Shown in pieces: positions 56,079 to 64,000 of a stretch of 64,000 bases of DNA (within the stretch, counting starts at the first letter, position 1; every line of letters begins with the position of its first letter). Origin of the DNA: the human T2T-CHM13v2.0 reference genome, Homo sapiens. The notes under the pieces are model-generated. The model ran no database searches and was not told the origin of the DNA. It saw only the letters and a list, made by a program, of their open reading frames with translations. Position numbers and translations under genes: made by a program. The stretch lies in the NCBI RefSeq assembly GCF_009914755.1, contig NC_060938.1, one strand, 5' to 3'.

Positions 56079-57930
56079 TGGCAGTAAGAACTTTCTCTAC
56101 TATTACTAGAGGCTTTTGTTTAAAAATACGAGGATTTTAAGACAATTCAAATAAAGAAACTAAAACCATAATTGAGTTATCACAAAGTATAACATAATAT
56201 ATGGGAAAACATGATATTTGAAGGTAAAGTTGCAGTAGTTGCAAAAGAGAATGGATATTTATTATTAAGGCTTTTAGACTAGAATTTATAAACTGGACTT
56301 TCAGATTATGGGAGGCAGGGAGGGAACAAATTTTTTTTCAAATTTTGGTGAGGTTGATGAATTGTGTTTTTGCTGAGTTACTTAAATAAACATATGCTAT
56401 AATTAGCAGCAAAACAAACTGTAAACCTCATCCTCCATCCAACCAAAAAAAGCTCATACACCGAAGGCATGGTCTAACTTGATTTTGTGAAGCTGTTTCC
56501 ACACTTCACCAGCACTGCCGTCAGTATTTTGTTCCCAGCCATGGCCTTCAAAATTTTCCAGAAAATTCTGCGAAACTTCAAGGCTTTGATAATTCCTTTC
56601 CTCTTTGTTCTGCCCTACACACTGATGCATTAACGGCACACCTGCCATGAGGCTAATACTCTTCTTACCTCTGGGGGAATATTTATAAACTTATTTGAGA
56701 AACGTTATTCATCAGAATACCCCAGGAGTGCAAAAGAGAGAGGAAAATTATTTACCCACCACAGGATTCATTTACATTGGATCAGCAAGCTTCAAATATC
56801 TTTCCCTAGCCCATCTAAACTCTTCCCAGAAAGGAATGAGAAGAGAGAAGGGAACACCAAATCCATGGCTTGGTCATATACCAAAATTTACTGGAGAAAC
56901 TGAAAACAACCAGAGTTCTTTTGGTAATTCTTAGCCAATGGCCCTTTAATTCTGATACTAAGCAGCCTGTCCAATGATGAACAACTAATAAAATATAGAA
57001 GACTAAAGCAAGAAGGTCAGTATTTCCCTTAGGAGACTGGCAGCCAGAAGAACAAATGTGACACCAAGCTCCAAACTAAACTGATGGCCTGCCAAGAAGT
57101 ACTCATGTCCATCTGCTTCTAGGACTGTGATACTTGGACCTGCCACAGTTATAATATCACTTTCCTTGAACCTCATTCATTAGTATCCTTTACAATCCAC
57201 CCTGAACATTACATGGCAAAATGGGACCATCAGCAAAAGAAGCCTTGGGAAAGAGCCCATTTCTCAACATTTTGATCTCTGTTGCAGATACAGCCATGCT
57301 GAGCCTGAGCTGTGTATAAGCGAGGGATGACTGATGCTGTGCTTTGTGATTAGCTGAGGCGATGAGACAGCATGTGTGTATGGACAAAGAGGACAGAGTG
57401 GATCAGAGGGTCTCAGAAGTCCAGCTCCTATGACACGACTGTCACTGCTGGGAAGCTGCAGAGTCAGGCCCACCAGCCTGGCATGTGGCCGATGGCAGTG
57501 GGCTGCATCTCTTGAGCAGAAGAATTAGGTTGTTTACAAAGTGAGGAGGCAGAACCCCACAGGCCTCAGCCCTCACCTGAAGCATGCTTTCTTTTTATTG
57601 CAAATGCAGTGCAGGCAGCAGAGGTCCCTTCAACCATAATCACGAACGAATGTCATCACCGGCCATGACAGTCCTAGAACCTCTTCATATGTGGGTTTAG
57701 AGAGGCAGTCAGGTTAGAGAATTTGAGTTGTGTTTGCATTACATGTTTTATAAAACTGAGAAAAACGTCAGTTGTCCTTATCAGAGTGGAGGGAGCTGTG
57801 CTGAAGGATATTAGGAGCAAAGCCTGTGTATGACCCCTGTATGCTGCCCAGGGCAAGTGTCATATTTAAATACCTACATTGTTCTTTGTTTTCTTAGATT
57901 CTGTATTTGTCTGTTCATCAGAGGGCTAAT

Positions 57931-58821
<891 letters not shown>

Positions 58822-60200
58822 AACATTAAGAGGATAAATATCTTTAACTTGCGATACAAGGAACCAGGAAGAACCATGAATTAGGTTTACATCACCCAGT
58901 TCTAAGCAACTGGGCATAGCACTTCATCCGTAGCCTGTGTTACACAAGTGATGTTTTAACAGTATGTGTTTTGCTGGCATTGACCTGGCTGTAGCCACAC
59001 AAGAAGGATGTGGATCCCTCTACATGGCAGAATCACCTGGCTGTCAGCCATTGAAGTGCATGCGTTCCTGTCCTGAGGCCTCTTGCATTTCATTTAGTAA
59101 CTGTTTCTACATTCAGAAACAAAACCCAAGTATAGCTGAACAACCTGGTTGGAAGTGAGGAAGAAGACAGCCTGGCTTTTAGTTTGGGGGAGAGAATAGG
59201 GGTACTTCTAAGAATCTATCCAAAAGGGGTTCATTGGCCTTGAAGAAAACCAGAGAACTCCATTTCTAAAATGGATTAAGAGATAGGCTATGGAGGAAGA
59301 TAACATCTGAAAATTGATATTTTTTTCTTGCTGAACTGGCAAAATCCCAAGAGAGGAGTGATGATTCTTCAGTTATTAACAATTACTACTTTGTTATAAA
59401 GAGACACGGGAAGTACAGTGGCCCCTTTCTCAAATTACACTTACATTACAGAAGCACACACACCTCTTGGAAAAAAATGCCTGGCAGCCTGGATTGTTAG
59501 AATTGTGCCTACTCCTACATCTTGCTGCAGAGTTGTGTGGTCCTGTGTAATATCCATGCACTTTGGACAGAAGACGATCTAGTCTATTCTTGCAGTCCTG
59601 AACTGGGCAAGTAACCAGCATAAGGCTGCCCTTCTTTCTGTCTTTATATATATCACTCCAGGTTATCGATCTGTTCACTGTGGTTATCCATCCTGTGAAC
59701 CCACACATCTTATAGCCACATACCTTTGCTTTATTGTCCTCATATCCTCAGGGCATAATTGCTCCTGAAAGTTCTAAAGAAAGAAAATGACATGCTAAGC
59801 CACGCCTGTCTTTGGAAAAAGCAAGCTTTCCACACGGAAATATTTACACCTCTGCTTACCTGATCTGTAGAGTTTGAACCAGGTCCCAAAAAGTGTAGGT
59901 AGATAATAGCAGGGCTTGGAGAATGATGACTTGAAGTGTATTGCCCTGTTGGCATGATTTGTATTGATTTTTATCCTGTATTCTTTCAAATTGTGATTAT
60001 AAAGAAAAAGACTCAGATTCTCTTAAGTCCTCAAAATGAAGAGCATTACTAAAACTAAAACAGTAGTCTCTTATACTTCTTTGTTCTCGTCTTTTGAACA
60101 TGCAGGTATTTCCAGTTTGCACCATAGATGTCAAGGGGCTCCCTTCTCTTAAAACTTGAATGCAGGGTTTTTTTGTTGTTGGGGGGTGGGTGGTTGGTTG

Positions 60201-60532
<332 letters not shown>

Positions 60533-62915
60533 TGATACCAGAGAGGAGTAGCTTGAATGTGTGGACTTGCCTTCGCTATAATAAAACATAGCCTCTATCC
60601 CCATTATAAAATGGGGAAAGAAGTTAGAAAACCAACCTGATTTTAAGATGATGAGGTGAAGAAAAAGCAGCTGCTTAGAAGTTGCTGTATGTATCATTTA
60701 GTTGTTTGGTGTTGGTTAGAAGAATCACTCTTATTTTAATATCTAATGAACTGAAAAGTGAGAGTGAGGTATTTTCCTTCCCTTTTTATTTATTTGTAAT
60801 TTGATTCCCAGGGAAATTAAGACTTGTGACAAGCCCAAATGAAGATATTTTGGAATTTGACAGGAGAGTTTTTTAACTTATGCCTAAGCTTCAAATTATA
60901 TTAGGCAATAAATTATTGATAGTTTTTAATCAGATACTGGAATATGGAATTTTCAAAATCACAACTCAGAAAAATGACCGCTCACAGGCCTTCTGTTTTA
61001 TATTTATTCTTCCTTTTTAGTATTCTCCAAAATTAATCATCATCGTACATGTGTACATTTATTCTTATTATTACCACAAGAGCCTTCTGATGATCGAGAG
61101 GAGAGAGACCCTCAGTTCACCTCTGGAAGGGAAGTTGTTGTACATGAGCACAGGGAGGAATCAGTCTCAAGAGCCAGACCTCCTGAAAACCTGCAGCGTT
61201 GCTGAGAGAATCAGCAGCTTTACTGGCTGAACAGCAGCTCGGGTTAGCCCATCCCGTGGCCAGGTCATTTGCTGGCTCCTCCGCAGCCAGCTTCCATTGT
61301 TGTCTAGGCTGACAGCTCCGCCCTACTCATGACGTGACTCTCTCTATGGGATTGTTTCTCTCCTTTTTTTTTTTTACATTCAGTTTTCAGAAGACAGAAT
61401 GGAATACTTCTCATTCATTCCTCCAGCAAAGTGCCCCTGGTGGGCAGAGCTCTCTCTCCCAGGCCTTAACTGGCCTAAATAAAGTGGGTGGCAGCTGCCT
61501 TCCAGACAGATGCCAGCCTGGTACTAGGGTAGTATGATTGTGTGATACAAAGCTGCCAATGTATGCATGTCTGACCATTTTTTCAGATGGGATTGTAGCT
61601 AGGCAGGTACAGCATAGCCTTTTCATGTCCAGCATAGGGTCTTAAAATATAAAACCACATGCAATAAAATAACAAGGTATAAAGGGAAAGTCAGGGCCAA
61701 AAAACAAGATAATTCCAAGTTTTCAAATATCAGCCTAAATAAACTTATTGTCGTTGAGGTGAAATTTGGTTCTAAGATTCCTAATAGGCAGGGCAAACAG
61801 GGAAACATGATAAATTGGAGTATATAGTTCTCACAATCAAAAAGGAAGAAATACTCCAGGGAAAGTCAAGATATTTCCTAGTATTGGTTCTAAAGGAAGT
61901 ATTTTACATACTTTATATACAAGACACCTAATAAAGTAGTAGTCAACTGCTAATGAACTATTAAAAAATAGTCAATAGTAGCTTCTCAGTCAACAGGCCA
62001 ATAGAGTGCTGTGTTTCATATGCCTACTCCTTGGCATGAACTGTGCAAAGATAAAATATTATAGTACACGTCAATGAAGACAGTTTTGTGAGGGGACAAA
62101 AGGAATATAGTCTAAGTTTCCTTGTGGTCTTCGTAATCCAAGGGTAAGATAATGGTTATTTAGAGGATTGGGTGAATTGCATGTGTCTTAGGCAATCCTA
62201 AATATAACTTCTCTCAATTGATTGCTTGATAAGAACTAGTTGTGCTCTTAGGCAAGGATCCAGATACCTGGTCTTTTATCTTACTGTTTGAAGATGCGTC
62301 TATTAATATATGCTTGGGAAAGCAGGTGGCAGAGGTAACATCTTCTGAAAGCTTTGGCAGCTAAGCAGTATTCTCGCTCTATCATGTGGCATGTTGATTG
62401 TCTGCTCCCTGACTCCCATACACAGTTTCCTCTGCCTAGGCACCATCTCCCCACTTTTGCTCCCTCCCTCCCCAATATGCCTATTCCTGTTTGTCCTCAA
62501 CCACTTTTCTCCTGTCCAGCCCTACCCTATGTTAATCTGATTTAGATGCTTTTGACTCTGCTCTTTAGAACTCTGTAATTACCTCTATCATGGCTTTTAC
62601 AATACTCTAGGATCTTTATGGTTACTTAACTGCTCCCTCTACTAAGCTTGAAATTTCCTGGAATGCGAGGATCAGGTCCAAGTGGACTCTAAAACTCTAG
62701 GGTCTAGCATAGTGCCCAGCCTGTAGTAGGGGCTTAAGAAATCCCAATTCAGAAAAGAAAACAAAAAATAATAAGGTGACAAATAAATAACCAAAAATAA
62801 AAAAGAAATTCTGATTGAATAGATGAATGAGTAAATTTTCATATTTCTGCCTTTTTTTATTCTTCTACTGACATTTGGAATACCTGCCTACATATGCAAA
62901 TTCTTCCTATTCTTA

Positions 62916-63201
62916 GGCCAAGCTCAGTGGCTCACACCTGTAATCCCAGTACTTTGGGAGGCCGAGGTGGGCAGATCACTGGAGGCCAGGAGTTCAAGAC
63001 CAGCGTGGCCAACATAACGAAACCCTGTCTCTATTAAAAATACAAAAATTAGCTGGGCGTGGTGGCACACGTCTTTAGCACCAGCTACTCGGGTGGCTGA
63101 GGCAGAAGAATTGCTTCAGTCCAGGGAGGCAGAGGTTGCAGTGAGCCAAGATTGTACCACTGCGCTCCAGCCTAGGCGACAGAGGAAGACTGTTTAAAAG
63201 G

Positions 63202-63239
<38 letters not shown>

Positions 63240-63240
63240 T
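62916..63240 (+). mobile_element. Alu (AluS) with A tail and (AT)n
   Basis: Full dimer; (AT) run ~63217-63240. Confidence 0.95.
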
Positions 63241-63262
63241 TTTATCCCCTAAGGGCCCAGTT

Positions 63263-63265
<3 letters not shown>

Positions 63266-63293
<28 letters not shown>

Positions 63294-63328
63294 ATTTGTG
63301 TTTTGAGATGAGTCCCGCTCTGTCACTC
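63266..63328 (-). mobile_element. Severely truncated Alu 3' end
   Basis: (TTTTG)n tail + gagatgagtcccgctctgtcac only. Confidence 0.75.
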
Positions 63329-63804
63329 ATTTATCTTGTCGTTTAAAAAATTCCTAGAGACCTACAATTTATATCACAAAGTTTAACACTTCTTCAGATT
63401 TTGTCATCTTTTATCACTGCTTACTTTTTGGGTGAATTGTCTCTTCAATAAGACCATAAACTTTTTGAGGGCAGAATTATATCTGTATGTTTCTTCAATC
63501 CCTAGTAATACCCAAAATGTTTCATTACTTTGTATTGTAGACCCTAAAGAAAAGAACACATACATACATAAAACTTTTCTGAAAAATAGTCCATTTCCTC
63601 TGTTCTCCTGGATTTAAGTCAAATGCCTAACCTCAGAAGATAAAATCTTCTAATGAAGATTTCATAAAAAATGCATTTTATTATTAAACAGTCTTCAAAA
63701 TCAGAATAACCTTCCTTATAAATTACCTGGTATTTCTATCCCATTTCTTGCAACATTGTAAAACTACTTCCTGTAAAATAATGAATGATTGATCACTACT
63801 CTTG

Positions 63805-64000
63805 TTTTTTTTTTTTTTTTTTTTTTGAGACGGAGTCTTGCTCTGTCGCCCAGGCTGGAATGCAATGGCCCAATCTCGGCTCACTGCAAGCTCCGCCTCC
63901 CAGGTTCACGCCATTCTCCTGCCTCAGCCTCCTGAGTAGCTGGGACTACAGGAGCCTGCCACCATGCCTGGCTAATTTTTTGTATTTTCAGTAGAGACGG
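63805..64000 (-). mobile_element. AluY, clipped by the window end
   Basis: ctgcaagctccgcctcccaggttcacgccattctcc. Confidence 0.95.

Overview
Human (primate) genomic DNA, mostly intronic and rich in Alu, L1, L2 and MIR repeats. It covers the 3' part of TTLL5 (tubulin polyglutamylase/STAMP, 14q24.3) on the + strand; the gene is recognised from memory of the protein. Three canonical coding exons are visible: 12825-13020, 31861-32078 and 51326-51408, all with GT-AG boundaries and matching phases. The canonical last exon lies beyond the window. The most interesting signal is a modular C-terminus. It comprises an alternative last exon with its own poly(A) signal (35876-~36480), an intact stop-containing exon at 55739-55860 resembling the mouse C-terminus and followed by a strong CTCF motif, and two in-frame upstream acceptors (+51 nt adding an LxxLL motif; +27 nt). 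Other oddities are a BC200 retrocopy, a ~55-nt LTR-derived hairpin retrocopy with target-site duplications (TSDs), a 78-bp inverted templated duplication whose substitutions are all G-U compatible, an orphan A43 tract that completes a stop codon, and a near-abutting inverted Alu pair. Repeat subfamily names come from recalled consensus sequences and their boundaries are approximate.
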